Shown here piece by piece: positions 13,523 through 24,590 of a DNA stretch of 64,000 nucleotides; within the stretch, counting starts at the first letter, position 1, and each line of letters starts with the position of its first letter. Both the position numbers and the translations under genes were made by a program. Origin of the DNA: Octopus bimaculoides (Eukaryota); NCBI RefSeq assembly GCF_001194135.2, contig NC_068987.1, positions 76,886,753 through 76,950,752 of the forward strand, read 5' to 3'. The notes below the pieces were generated by a model. It did not search any database, was not told the origin of the DNA, and was given only the letters and a program-made list of their open reading frames with translations.

Positions 13523-13544
13523 AATATAGATATATGAAGTACTG

Positions 13545-13865
13545 GTATTGGTACCATATAAGAAGCACTGGTCCAGGTGGCCACCTAAAAGGCACTGGTG
13601 CCACATAAAAGACACTGGTGCTGGTGCTGCAAAAAAGTACTGGGGCTGGTGCCATCTAAAAGGTACTGGTGTTGGTTCAACGTAAAAAGCCCCCAGTACA
13701 CTATGTTAAGTAGTCAGTATTAGGAAGGGCATCCAGCCATAGATACCATATCACAAAAACAATAGAACATGATGTGACTCCTGGCCTTACCAGCTCATGC
13801 CCAATGAATGCCAGCATGGAAAATGGATGCGTATAATAATGTTGAAGATAATGATGATGATGATA
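13545..13865 (+). mobile_element. Family B variant with ~25-bp subrepeats
   Basis: Units like ggtgccacataaaagacactggtgct, then ttaggaagggcatccagcc and gccagcatggaaaatggatgc...gatgatga. Confidence 0.7.
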
Positions 13866-13876
13866 TATATGTGTGC

Positions 13877-14255
13877 GGAGGTGCAATGACCCAGTGGTTA
13901 GGGCAGCAGACTCGCAGTCGTAGGATCACGGTTTCGATTCTCAGACCGGGCGTTGTGAGTGTTTATTGAGCGCAAACACTTAAAAGCTCCACGAGGCTCT
14001 GGCAGGGGATGGTGGCGAACCCTGCTGTACTCTTTCACCACAACTTTCTCTCAATCTTTCTTTCTGTTTTTGTTTGTTGTATCTGTATTTCAAAGGATCA
14101 GCCTTGTCACACTCTGTGTTACACTGTATCTCCCTGAGAACTACATTAAGGGTCTGTGGAGTGCTCAGCCACTTGCATGTTAATTTCACCAGCAGGCTGT
14201 TTTGTTGATTGGATCAACTGGAACCCTTGTCATCGCACCCGACGGAGTGCCACAA
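13877..14255 (+). mobile_element. tRNA-derived SINE family D, full-length
   Basis: ggaggtgcaatgacccagtggttagggcagc (A box), ggtttcgattc (B box); colinear with 43645-44021 and 50920-51244. Confidence 0.9.
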
Positions 14256-14446
14256 TATACATATATGATAAATCGCTAACCATTAAACCTTTTTTATTTT
14301 CTCTCCCTGTTTATTTGTGTGTTCCTTTCTGTCAAAGAGCATAGGCCCGATATGTAAAAGACTTTCTCACTTCCCGAGTGTTAAACTAATACATCTATTT
14401 GTTGTTTATACACCCATCTTCGTCTTTTGTTTTTTTGTAAATTCCC

Positions 14447-14486
<40 letters not shown>

Positions 14487-14497
14487 AACACACACAT

Positions 14498-14559
<62 letters not shown>

Positions 14560-15271
14560 GACCAACAAAATTGCAAAGTAAAATCTGTGTGTGTATGTGT
14601 TTGTATGTGTGTGTTTGTGCATATAATAAATATTAGGGATTTTTATCTCTAATATTTTTATCATTATATATATATGTATATATATATTTAGAGAGAGAGA
14701 GAGAGAAAGAGAGTAATGTATATTTTGTGTGTAATATATATCATGTGTGTGGATTGCAGATCATTGAAGGAGTTGCAATTACTTAGGAGGCACCAATATC
14801 CCTGCAAGACCAACAGGAGTAATCTTACCAATTTTCCCACGCCCCACCAGCATGTTAACATCTTGCTCTTGGTACATAATTCAGTTGGTAAAGCAAAGAA
14901 ATAATAATCCATGATTACAATCAGTAAAGCGATTTAGGAGCAAATGGGGTCAAATGGTTGATTGGATCTAAGAATGGACTTGGAATTGCAAAGTAAAATC
15001 TGTACAATTTTCCTATTTGTCATCTCGGTCATGTTTATATGTTTGACTTGTTTCTCTTCCTTCTGCAACTGAATTATCCTTTTATTGCTGTAATGGTAGC
15101 ATGATCTAGTTTATAGCTTGGCTTAATATCAACTCTCTCCATTTATCAATATATTGAATAAACGCATACACGCGAACGCACACACACACACACATACACA
15201 CACAAATATGTACTTATATACATGCATGCATACATATATACATACATAAATACATACATACAAGTATGCAA

Positions 15272-15334
<63 letters not shown>

Positions 15335-15694
15335 NNNNNNNNNNNNNNNNNNNNNNNNNNNNNNNNNNNNNNNNNNNNNNNNNNNNNNNNNNNNNNNNNN
15401 NNNNNNNNNNNNNNNNNNNNNNNNNNNNNNNNNNNNNNNNNNNNNNNNNNNNNNNNNNNNNNNNNNNNNNNNNNNNNNNNNNNNNNNNNNNNNNNNNNNN
15501 NNNNNNNNNNNNNNNNNNNNNNNNNNNNNNNNNNNNNNNNNNNNNNNNNNNNNNNNNNNNNNNNNNNNNNNNNNNNNNNNNNNNNNNNNNNNNNNNNNNN
15601 NNNNNNNNNNNNNNNNNNNNNNNNNNNNNNNNNNNNNNNNNNNNNNNNNNNNNNNNNNNNNNNNNNNNNNNNNNNNNNNNNNNNNNACACACAC

Positions 15695-15725
<31 letters not shown>

Positions 15726-15750
15726 CAATATTTATATATATATGCACACA

Positions 15751-17033
15751 CAGAGGGTGCGATGGGTAAATTGTTGCCATTTTGTTTTTTTTGATTTCCT
15801 GCATGTGCATTGTTTGTCTTTGATTTTGTCGATTACACAGTATAGTAGGGTCAGTTGGGCACTGACTCTGAGAAAACCAGCACCATGACGCAATTAACTC
15901 TGCCAGAAATTTGGAAACGACATGCTGTACTGCTTGGCATTCATCCTGGAAGCTGCAATACAAAGATTTCAGAGTGTTTGGGGGTCAATCTGAGGACAGT
16001 GCAGAGGATTCAGAAAGAGTTGGATGAGTCTAATGGTGATTACGAAGGTATGGCAGCTCAGAAAACTCGCTCTGATCATTCTGAAAAGAACACCTGAATT
16101 TGTTGGTGAAATCCACGTCATGATTGACAAGAATCCCTCCAAGTCAATGAGATTCATCGCCAGGGACATGGGAGTGTCTGAGTTTCTTATTAGGCAAGTA
16201 GTGCATGAAGACATTTGGCATTCCTCATACAAGATGAGAAAAGGCCAATTTTTATCCCAGGCATTCAAGGACAAGGTGTAAGACCGTGCTATGGAGTTTT
16301 TGAACAATCTCAAGCATCCCCTCCAACCGAACATGCTTTGGTTTTTCTCAGACAAGAAAAATTTCTGCCAGGATCAGATGGTGAACACACAGAACTACCA
16401 TTGGCTTGCCCTGTCCCCAAAACATGTACCGAGAGTGATAAAAATCAAACATCCAGTCAACATCATGGTGTTTGCAACATTATGCTTTCATTCATCTTCC
16501 CATATGGCCTCAGACTCAACACAGAGGCCTACATCAAGTGCCTAGAGGAGGCAGTGCTGCCCTGGATCAAGAGGGTGGCTACTGGAAGACCCTATGCCTG
16601 GCAACAGAACTCAGCACTATGCCACACAAGCAGGAGAACGCAGTCATGGATGTCAGACAATTTCTGCGACCACATCACCCCTAATATCTGGCCACCTAAC
16701 TACCCACACTGCAACCCCCTTGATTATTATGTATGGGGAGCAGTTGAGCGAGAGACCAACAAAACTTCTTGTAACACCAAAGATGAACTGAAGACAAGGA
16801 TTATGATAGCATTCAGCAACTTAAACAAGGAGACCGTCCAGAAGAGTTGCAGGAGATTCCAAAGTCATCTGGAGACCACGGTTAAAGCCAATGTTGATTT
16901 TATTAAATAAATTTACTCTTTAGTATTTCGAGATGTTTTTATATAATTTTGGTTAATATATCTGTTAAAATGAGATGTCAGAGTTATTTTCATTTTTGCA
17001 TAATTTTGAAGACGATTTATTCACCACACCCTG
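15751..17033 (+). mobile_element. Tc1/mariner DNA transposon, maT-like (DD37D), decayed
   Basis: Degenerate TIRs (agggtgcgatgggtaaattg at ~15754; reverse complement of 17033-17010 cagggtgtggtgaataaatcg, 18/26 matches by eye) enclosing a transposase pseudogene. Confidence 0.85.
15885..16910 (+). pseudogene. DD37D transposase pseudogene (frameshifts near 16085 and 16470, stop at 16279)
   Basis: HTH-like CLGVNLRTVQRI; WFFSDKKNF (D1); WQQNSALCH (D2 mutated to N); WPPNYPHCNPLDYYVWG (D3). I count 37 residues between D2 and D3. Confidence 0.9.
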
Positions 17034-17601
17034 AAAATATATATATTTCTATATTTATTCTGCATGTGTGTGTGCATGCGTGTGTATGTATATGGATATG
17101 TATGGATAGTTAGATAGATAGATAGATAGATAGATAGGCAGGCAGGCAGGCAGGCTGGCAGACAGACAGACAGACAGACAGATAGATACCTATCTCAAAT
17201 CATCATCATCATTATCATCATCATTGCTATGATATGCACTATTACATGCTTGCTTGGGTCAGACGGAATTCATTGTGGCACATTTTTTTATGGTTAAATG
17301 CTCTTCTTTTTTCCAAATAACATAATATTAGCTCATGGCTAAACATATTTCATGGAAGATCAGAGACAAAGGACACTGCTTGTATGATATTGATGCTCAT
17401 TTACAATCATGGCGCATTGCCAAAGGAGGACAAAAACACATCTGCTCCCATGCATGCACACACACACACACACACACATGATTGGTTTCTTTCAATTAGA
17501 TGGTTTTTAGATTCAACTCGAGACCAAATAGTTGGGAAGAAAACCTCTTAGCCATACTATTGTGTCTGCACCCCTCTACAAAACCTGCCTGTGTACATAC
17601 A

Positions 17602-17645
<44 letters not shown>

Positions 17646-18029
17646 AACATGCACCACAACTGACGGGGGCCACCAAGTAACTTGCAAGAGAAAACCCCCC
17701 TGAACTGGGAGGAGGAGATAGTATTGAGGTGGGTGTAACATTGTGCCAGTTAATGAGAAATTAAAGAAAAGTATACAGGGACAGATACAGGTGTCTTGCT
17801 GCAGAGTAGATACAGGTATACTCCAGATTGAAAAGAAAGGAGAGGGAGTTAGAGAGTAAGGTAAAGGGAACAACAGGGAGAAAGATGAGGGGGTAGATTG
17901 ACTGCTATGATCCATGTGTGTGTTTTTATGCATCAAGTGCCTATATTAGAGTTTACCGCAATTGATAAAGTAAGTACCAGTCAAATACTAAGGTCCATGT
18001 TATAGACTTACTTCCCTAAAATAGAAAGG

Positions 18030-18079
<50 letters not shown>

Positions 18080-18102
18080 CATTATTATAATTATTATTAT
18101 TA

Positions 18103-18715
18103 TCATTGAATGAGAGAGCAATGCATGCCATCAAAATGATGCTGGGGGTACTAATATATGAAGCCCAATATACCCATCATGACTACCCGGCTGATAAGGG
18201 TAAACCAGGCACATGCAAGATCGTGTACTGTTTATTATGATATGAGATTACCATGTGCATATATTGTTGTGATGCATGTGCTTGGCATACCCCTATCAGA
18301 CAGGTAATCATGATGGGTATATTCATTCAGTGTTTTAAGTCCGGGTTTTGTTCCCTTTAATGGGGGTGACTGGATCTACCTCAATGCCATAGCAACTGAG
18401 GCAGGTAGGTGCAGCCCACCCCAACCTTCGAGCTGGCTGGTACCCATTCTCCTTTGCTATCATGAAGCTTTTTTTGGAGCTGGATTTTCTATGGGAAGCA
18501 TGCCCTTGCTTACCCCCAACCTCAGTTTCTAGACATGAGTGGTCCTGTGATCAAGGCCTCTACCATGATTTTTAAGAAATGTGGAAAACTAGCTCAGGAA
18601 GGCAGAGACACTACTCCCTGAGACCCCTTTTGGAACCCTCCTACCTAATTGGGCTTCATAAATTTGTAATCCCAGTGTCACTTGGACGGCATGCATTGCA
18701 CTCTCACTCAATAAT
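18103..18715. mobile_element. Fold-back retroelement remnant with (AAT)n ends facing outward, one arm interrupted
   Basis: 18167-18217 is the inverse of 18273-18323 (~43/51); 18103-18166 is the inverse of 18651-18715. Confidence 0.75.
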
Positions 18716-18764
18716 ACTGGTTTCAAATTCTGGTTGAGTTACCTTAGTTCACTGGTAGTGAACA

Positions 18765-19375
18765 GCTGACACCATATTACATCTCCAGCATTAGAAGCTG
18801 TGCAAAGGCAATGATAATGATAATAATAAGCTTTGTCAGAAATGGGAATTTGAAGATGGAAGAACATGGTATGATCATCAGGTCGAAATACTGCTGGAGA
18901 GAGAGAGATACAAAATTCTATGGGATTTTCCAATTCAAATGAATAAGAAGCTGGAAAATAATAGACCAGACATAATAATAGTCAAGGAGAAGCATAGTTG
19001 CTTGCTAATTGGCCCATCATGTTCGTTAGCCTCTAGAATCATAAAGAAAGGGGATGATAAACAAAAACAATACAATTCCCTAAAATTTGAAATTGCAAGA
19101 ATTTGGAATATGAAAACTGCTAAAGCTATGTCTGTAATAATTGGTGGAATTGGGAACTGTAAGCAAAGATATAGACAAATGATTGAAGGAGATTGGAGCC
19201 AAATGTCCTGTAGAGCTTCTCCAGAAAGTTTGCTTCTTGGGGACAGGAACGATTATCAGGAGGGTATTAAGCACTTGAAAGATTATTGAAAGCTTATGGA
19301 TACCTAAGGTTACAGGTAGTAACCTGCTACCCACATAAATTCTACCAGGAATAAGAACAAACCTGAGTCAAATCA
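18765..19375 (+). pseudogene. 3' fragment of an RLE-type non-LTR retrotransposon (R4/Dong-like or related clade)
   Basis: Translates LCQKWEF..TWYDHQVEILLERERYKILWDFPIQMNKKLENNRPDIIIV...KQYNSLKFEIARIWNMK...VIIGGIG and QKVCFLGTGTIIRRVLST*, the usual post-zinc-knuckle RPD endonuclease C-terminus. Confidence 0.85.
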
Positions 19376-19393
19376 CTAATACTACTACTAATG

Positions 19394-19456
<63 letters not shown>

Positions 19457-19458
<2 letters not shown>

Positions 19459-19705
19459 CCTTTCCACTGAAGGCATAAGGCCTTGAAATTTTGGGGGAGG
19501 AGACTAGTTAATTACATTGACCCCAGTACTCAACTAGTACTTAATCTATCGACCCTGAAATGATGAAAGGCAGAGTCGACCCCGGCAGAGTCGACCCCGG
19601 CAGAGTCGACCCCGGCAGAATTTGAACTTTAGAACGTAAGGACGGATAAAATGCCAGTAAGCATTTTGCCCGATGTGCTAGTGATTCTGCCAGCTAGCCG
19701 CTTAC
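19457..19705 (-). mobile_element. SINE family C (ATT-tail subtype) with an internal 15-bp triplication
   Basis: Reverse complement of family C; ggcagagtcgacccc x3 at 19569-19613. Confidence 0.85.
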
Positions 19706-19717
19706 TACTACTACTAA

Positions 19718-19761
<44 letters not shown>

Positions 19762-21324
19762 TATTATTATTATTATTGTTATTATCAGTAACAATGTACC
19801 AGTTAAATAGTGAGGGTAAACCAGAGAGTGACATAACTAATTATAATCTTCCACTTCTAAATTGAGCTGCCTTGCTTCTTCTTCTTGTTATTGTTGTTAT
19901 TGGTGAAGTGAATGAAATAATGGAATTGTGGGCTAGATGCATTCCTCTGTTTAGTTATGTATCTCTGGGATGTGAGTTCAAATCTTGTCAGAGTTAAGTT
20001 TGTCTGTTATTCATCTGGGAAAGGATAAGGTATAAGTTGATTAGATAAGTGTCAGGTATTCTGGTGGGGTGGGGTGGGAGTTAATTTGATAGTTTGTATA
20101 CTCATGAGCTTTGTGCTGGCGGTGGTGGTGAGAGCGATGTAGGAGGAGGAAGAAGAAGGAAGGAAGAGGAAGAAAAGAAAAGGAATGAGAAAATGGAGAG
20201 GGAGGGGAGGAGAATGAGAAGGAGGGGAGACAAAGAGTAGGAGGAGAAGAAGAGAATAAGGAGGAGTGAGGTAGAGGGGAAAATAAGTAAGATGTGGAGG
20301 AGGAGGGTGAATGGGTGAGAGGAGGAGAAGGAGAAAAAGAAGAAGCTAAGACTGTCACCACCACCATCACCATCACTGCTGTCATCACCATGGTGAATGA
20401 GAAATAGCAAATGCTTCAAGCATCCAGGAGAATTTAATGTGATGGTCTATGTGCGAGTGTTTGTGTTTCCTGGAAGTAATTGAAATAAACTCTGAAAAGT
20501 AAATTTTATATTCAGTGATTTCAGAGGGAGTTTTTCAATGTGTAATTCAATTTCTCCATATGCTCATCTTCCCCCTCCTCCTCCTCCTCCTCCTCCTCCT
20601 CCTTCTTCCACCTTCACTGCTTATTTCTGGTAGTAAAAGCAAATGTAATAAAGAGAAAAGCAATGAAACACACTGTAATCCTTGCATCAAATGTAATAAT
20701 CACTTCAGCTTGCTAGCGTCATGTGGATCATTAATTCTCCTTTTCTGAAAAGCAAACAATACCTTTCATTTGTATCCCAACATGCTTTTGATATAGATTT
20801 AGTAGTGAGTGACTAGATGGAAATTTCCAGATCAAATGTAATCATATCGTTTGATTTTTAAGATTGGTTGTGTCAATTTTCAACAGACTATGTTCATCAG
20901 TGATTAACCAATCTATGGCAAGTACAAAAGAGTTTTAGTGAATGAAAGTAACAGTGTTTGTTCAATATGACGGTATCACGGGAGAAATAAAAGTACGGAA
21001 AGAAATTTAAAAAATAATCGTAAAAAACGCTGGAATGCAAGTCTCATGGTGGTGTGGTGGATGGTGGGGGAGATATTGGTGGTGGTGGTGGTGGTGGAGG
21101 GATGGCAGATGGGTTAGTTTCCATTGAACCAATGTAACAGTATAATTTCAATGTCTAGTTGCAATCCATTTCACATAATTCTTGTCATCAGTGTCCTCTG
21201 AAAAAACTATGAATGTTCAACCTTTTTGTCTTTTGCTTTTTTAATTTTTAATTTTTTGTTTATTTATTTATTTTTTTTTTTTTCGACTTTTATACCACAT
21301 GCCTACATGTGATATTATTAAAGG

Positions 21325-21585
21325 CCAGAGAGGCAACAAACTGGAGGATTCATTTAGAAAGTTGGACAAAATTCTAAGCAGTGTTTTTTCTGGCTATTTA
21401 CGTTCTGAGTTCAAATTCCACTGAAATCAGCTTTGCCTTTCATTCTTTCAGGGGTTGATAAAGTAAGTACCAATTGAGCACTGGGGTCAATTTAGTCGGC
21501 ATACCCTACCCCTAAAATTGCTAGTCTTTTGCCAAAGTTTGAAGCCATTAATAACCCCCCCCCCAAAAAAAAATGGCAGTAAGCT
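21325..21585 (+). mobile_element. SINE family C, diverged
   Basis: acgttctgagttcaaattccactgaaatcagctttgcctttcattctttcaggggttgataaagtaagtacc. Confidence 0.75.
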
Positions 21586-21636
21586 GATAGAATCATTAGC
21601 ATGCCGGATAAACTGCTTATCAACATTTCATGCATA

Positions 21637-21863
21637 CGTTCTTTCATTCTTTTATTCTTTTACTTGTTTCAGTCATTTTGATTGTGGCCATGCTGGAACA
21701 CCGCCTTTAGTCGAACAAATCAACCCTAGGCCTTATTGTTTGTAAGCCTAGTACTTAGTCTATTGGTCTGTTTTGCCAAACCGCTAAGTTACAGGGATGT
21801 AAACACGCCAACATCAGTTGCCAAGTGATGCTGAGGAGACAAACACAGACACACAAATATACA

Positions 21864-21900
<37 letters not shown>
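21637..21900 (-). mobile_element. SINE family A, 3' half
   Basis: ttcttttattcttttacttgtttcagtcattttgattgtggccatgctggaacaccgcctttagtcg...gacaaacacagacac. Confidence 0.85.
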
Positions 21901-21905
<5 letters not shown>

Positions 21906-21909
21906 GAGA

Positions 21910-22305
21910 GATAAATTTTTTATTCTCAAACGCATGATAATGCTAATAAAATAGTGTGAACAGGATAAATTATCCATACATTGCAGAAAAATACGTTACC
22001 TGCCAGCCATGAGACATGAACTCACATCCCTGTAATTACGTGTCAAGTGCTTTACCATTAAGCTAAACTGCCCAGTAACAAATTCTTCTGCAATTTTAGA
22101 ACTTATAAATTTAGCTTCATAAGACGCTAATGATAAATTCAACTTACGATGAAAATAAACAAAGTTTGTTTTAGAAGTGTTGAGATGTATTGAAAGATAG
22201 AGAAATAAATTTTTTATTCTCAAACGGATGATAATGCTAATAAATAGCATGATCAGGATAAATTGTCCATACATTGCTGCAAAATACATTACCAGCCAGC
22301 TATGT
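21910..22305. repeat. ~297-bp period tandem duplication (one full and one partial unit)
   Basis: taaattttttattctcaaacg(c/g)atgataatgctaataaa...tacc(t/a)gccagc(c/t)atg at ~21912-22011 and ~22207-22304. Confidence 0.85.
22001..22072 (-). tRNA. tRNA-Thr(CGT)-like gene, probably a pseudogene
   Basis: GGCAGTTTAGCTTAATGGTAAAGCACTTGACACGTAATTACAGGGATGTGAGTTCATGTCTCATGGCTGGCA: acceptor stem 6/7 pairs, D stem GCTT/AAGC, anticodon loop CACGTAA, T stem GTGAG/CTCAT, T5 tract ~9 nt downstream. A at position 33 and an imperfect anticodon stem. Confidence 0.7.
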
Positions 22306-22349
22306 ATATATAAATCACTATCAAAATCAAATCAAATCAAATCACCCCT

Positions 22350-22541
22350 GCAGGGGATGGTGGCAAACCCTGTTATACTCCTTTGCACCGACTTTCTCTC
22401 ACTCTTTCTTCCTGTTTCTTGAGTAGCGTTGCGATGGACTGCCGTCCCGTACAGCTGGGGGGAACACATACACCATAGAAACCAAGAAACTGGGCCCACG
22501 AGCCTGGCTAAGCTTTAAAAGGGTGCATAAATAAATAAAAA
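22350..22541 (+). mobile_element. SINE sharing the family D middle but with a different 3' half
   Basis: gcaggggatggtggcaaaccctg...tctcactctttcttcctgtttc matches D, then gcgatggactgccgtcccgtacagctggg...ccatagaaacc...gggtgcataaataaataa. Confidence 0.7.
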
Positions 22542-22544
22542 TGT

Positions 22545-22595
22545 GAATAAATCAACATTACATTTGACAGAATAATCTGAATGCTAAAGGGTTAA
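22545..22595. mobile_element. Right end of a TTAA-flanked (piggyBac-like) MITE
   Basis: Ends gaatgctaaaggg|ttaa, the inverse of ttaa|ccctttagcatt at 42403 and 42462. Confidence 0.6.
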
Positions 22596-23844
22596 ACGAA
22601 CCATGACATGCTAAAAAGTCAACTTTAGCAAGGTTTGAACCTAGAGTATAGAGCACTGAAGCAAATACTGCTACAAAGCATCCTATCAGATGCTCTAACA
22701 TCCCGGTTAATTTCCAACCTTACCACACAGGTTTTACTCATGAACAAAGGCAGCAATTAAACATGTTATATATTTGAAAGCATGAGGGCTTCATAAGTTA
22801 GGTGGTGTTTTGTTTTGATAACGGGGCAAAAAAACTTAAAGATTTGATTCTATATTTAGGCTATTTTATTGGATCATTACTTCTCTTAGAAAAAGCATTG
22901 GAATCATACAAACATATTTATCCACCCTTATATATTATCTGACACCTAATTTATGCAAGTTATCATTACTACCAACTTCATTGTCTGAAGTCACATTCAA
23001 GTTCAAATTTTTTAAGCAAACAGCCAATTAACAATGACATGCCGCAGTTTACTTCTTCTGGCATGTATGTGTGTTGTGTGTGTCTGGTGCTGGGGGGGGG
23101 GGGCTCAAGTGCATGTGTATATATGTGTGTGTGAACTACCCATATGCACTTCACAGTTGAGTGATTGACTTTTAAAAAGCATCTATTTGTGAAAGAGTTA
23201 TTACAGATCAAGTCAAAAGGCTGACGGCCTACTGGAGAGGGTAATTATCATTGCATTATTAATGCTGTGATCTATTCTGAGTGAAGGCTTTCCATATGCA
23301 ATGACTCAGGTCATCTAATTGATAATTAGTACAATGTGAAGGTACAGTTCTCTGCTACAGACAGCAGGGTAGGTTCAGACATTGCATAATTAATGACAAC
23401 TTACTTGGATTGTATGCCTGAGCTGAAATGTTGCGATGGGCACTAGTTTGAAGAGAGATGGCTTCAATCCAGCTGATATGACTGACTTGAGAACATATAA
23501 GCCTAAAGTAACCTAATTTAGGAAATATCTCACGTATAAGAACTGGTCCTTAGTCAACCTCAGCAGACCTATACTCTATACTCAAAAGCATTCTAACCAT
23601 GATCATCCATCATTTTTTTCAGGCATAGTATATCCCACAGGTTATCCAATGCATTCATTAAGGTGGTAGGTAGTCAGTAAAGAGATATTTGAGTGCTTCT
23701 CTAACAGCATAAGCAATAACATAGAGGTCCTCTCTTAAAATAGTTGATTGATGTGCACATAATTTGACTAGCGGTAAGTTTATGGAAACCAAAATCTGGT
23801 AATGTAGGCTTAATTCCAGGGTGAGATATTTCTCTTCACTTAAG

Positions 23845-24010
23845 CCTTCATCATCATCACCTTTTAGCATCAGTTTATGTTGGCATGGGTTAGATGTTCA
23901 ACAGGATCTGATGAGATGGAGGACTGCACTGAGCTCTGATGTCTGTTTTGGTATAATTTTTTTGACTGAATGCCCTTCCCAATGCCAACCATTTTGCAGA
24001 AAGTGTTTGT
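23845..24010 (-). mobile_element. Old family B fragment
   Basis: catcatcatc...gttggcatgggttagatg...gaatgcccttcccaatgccaacc. Confidence 0.6.
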
Positions 24011-24149
24011 GGTCAAAACCCAATATTACCAATTCATGAAAACATTATATATTTCAGAAAAATTAGAGTTAAAACCCTAAACCTTTTCAATTTCCAAATA
24101 GCCTCAGAACTGATGGTGGTATTATTGTTCTTTAACTAGGCAGAATATA

Positions 24150-24590
24150 TCTTTTATCTTTTACTTGTTTCAGTCATTTGACTGCGGTCATGCTGGGGCA
24201 GCACCTGGAAGGGTTTAGTAAAAAAAAAAATCAACCCCAGTACTTTTATTTTATCAGTCACTTTTGCTCAATTGCTAATTTATAAGAATACAAACAAACC
24301 AACACCAGTTGTCAAGCAGTGAGTGAGATCACACACACACACGCATGCATGCACGCACGCATACTTGCATGCACACACACATGAGTGCATGCACATGCAC
24401 ACACATGCACACACATGCATACGCACACACACACACACACATACAACAGTTTCCATGAATTAAATTCACTCTCAAAACATTGGTCAAGGCTATAGTGGAA
24501 GACACTTGCCCAAGGTACCACATACCAAGACTGAACCTGAAACCATATGGTTCCAAAGTGAGCTTTCTAACAACCTAGCTATGCCCATTC
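24150..24590 (-). mobile_element. SINE family A, diverged, with expanded internal (CA/TGCA)n
   Basis: tacttgtttcagtcatttgactgcggtcatgctgg at the left; gaagacacttgcccaaggtaccac...actgaacctgaaaccat at the right. Confidence 0.75.

Noticed and set aside
13877-13950. SINE heads of families A, C and D as tRNA genes
   Set aside because: They continue into SINE bodies with tails or TSDs and lack complete cloverleaves, so they are annotated as SINEs.
23905-23945. CTGATGAG motif
   Set aside because: Lies inside a decayed family B copy and has no GAAA or helices.
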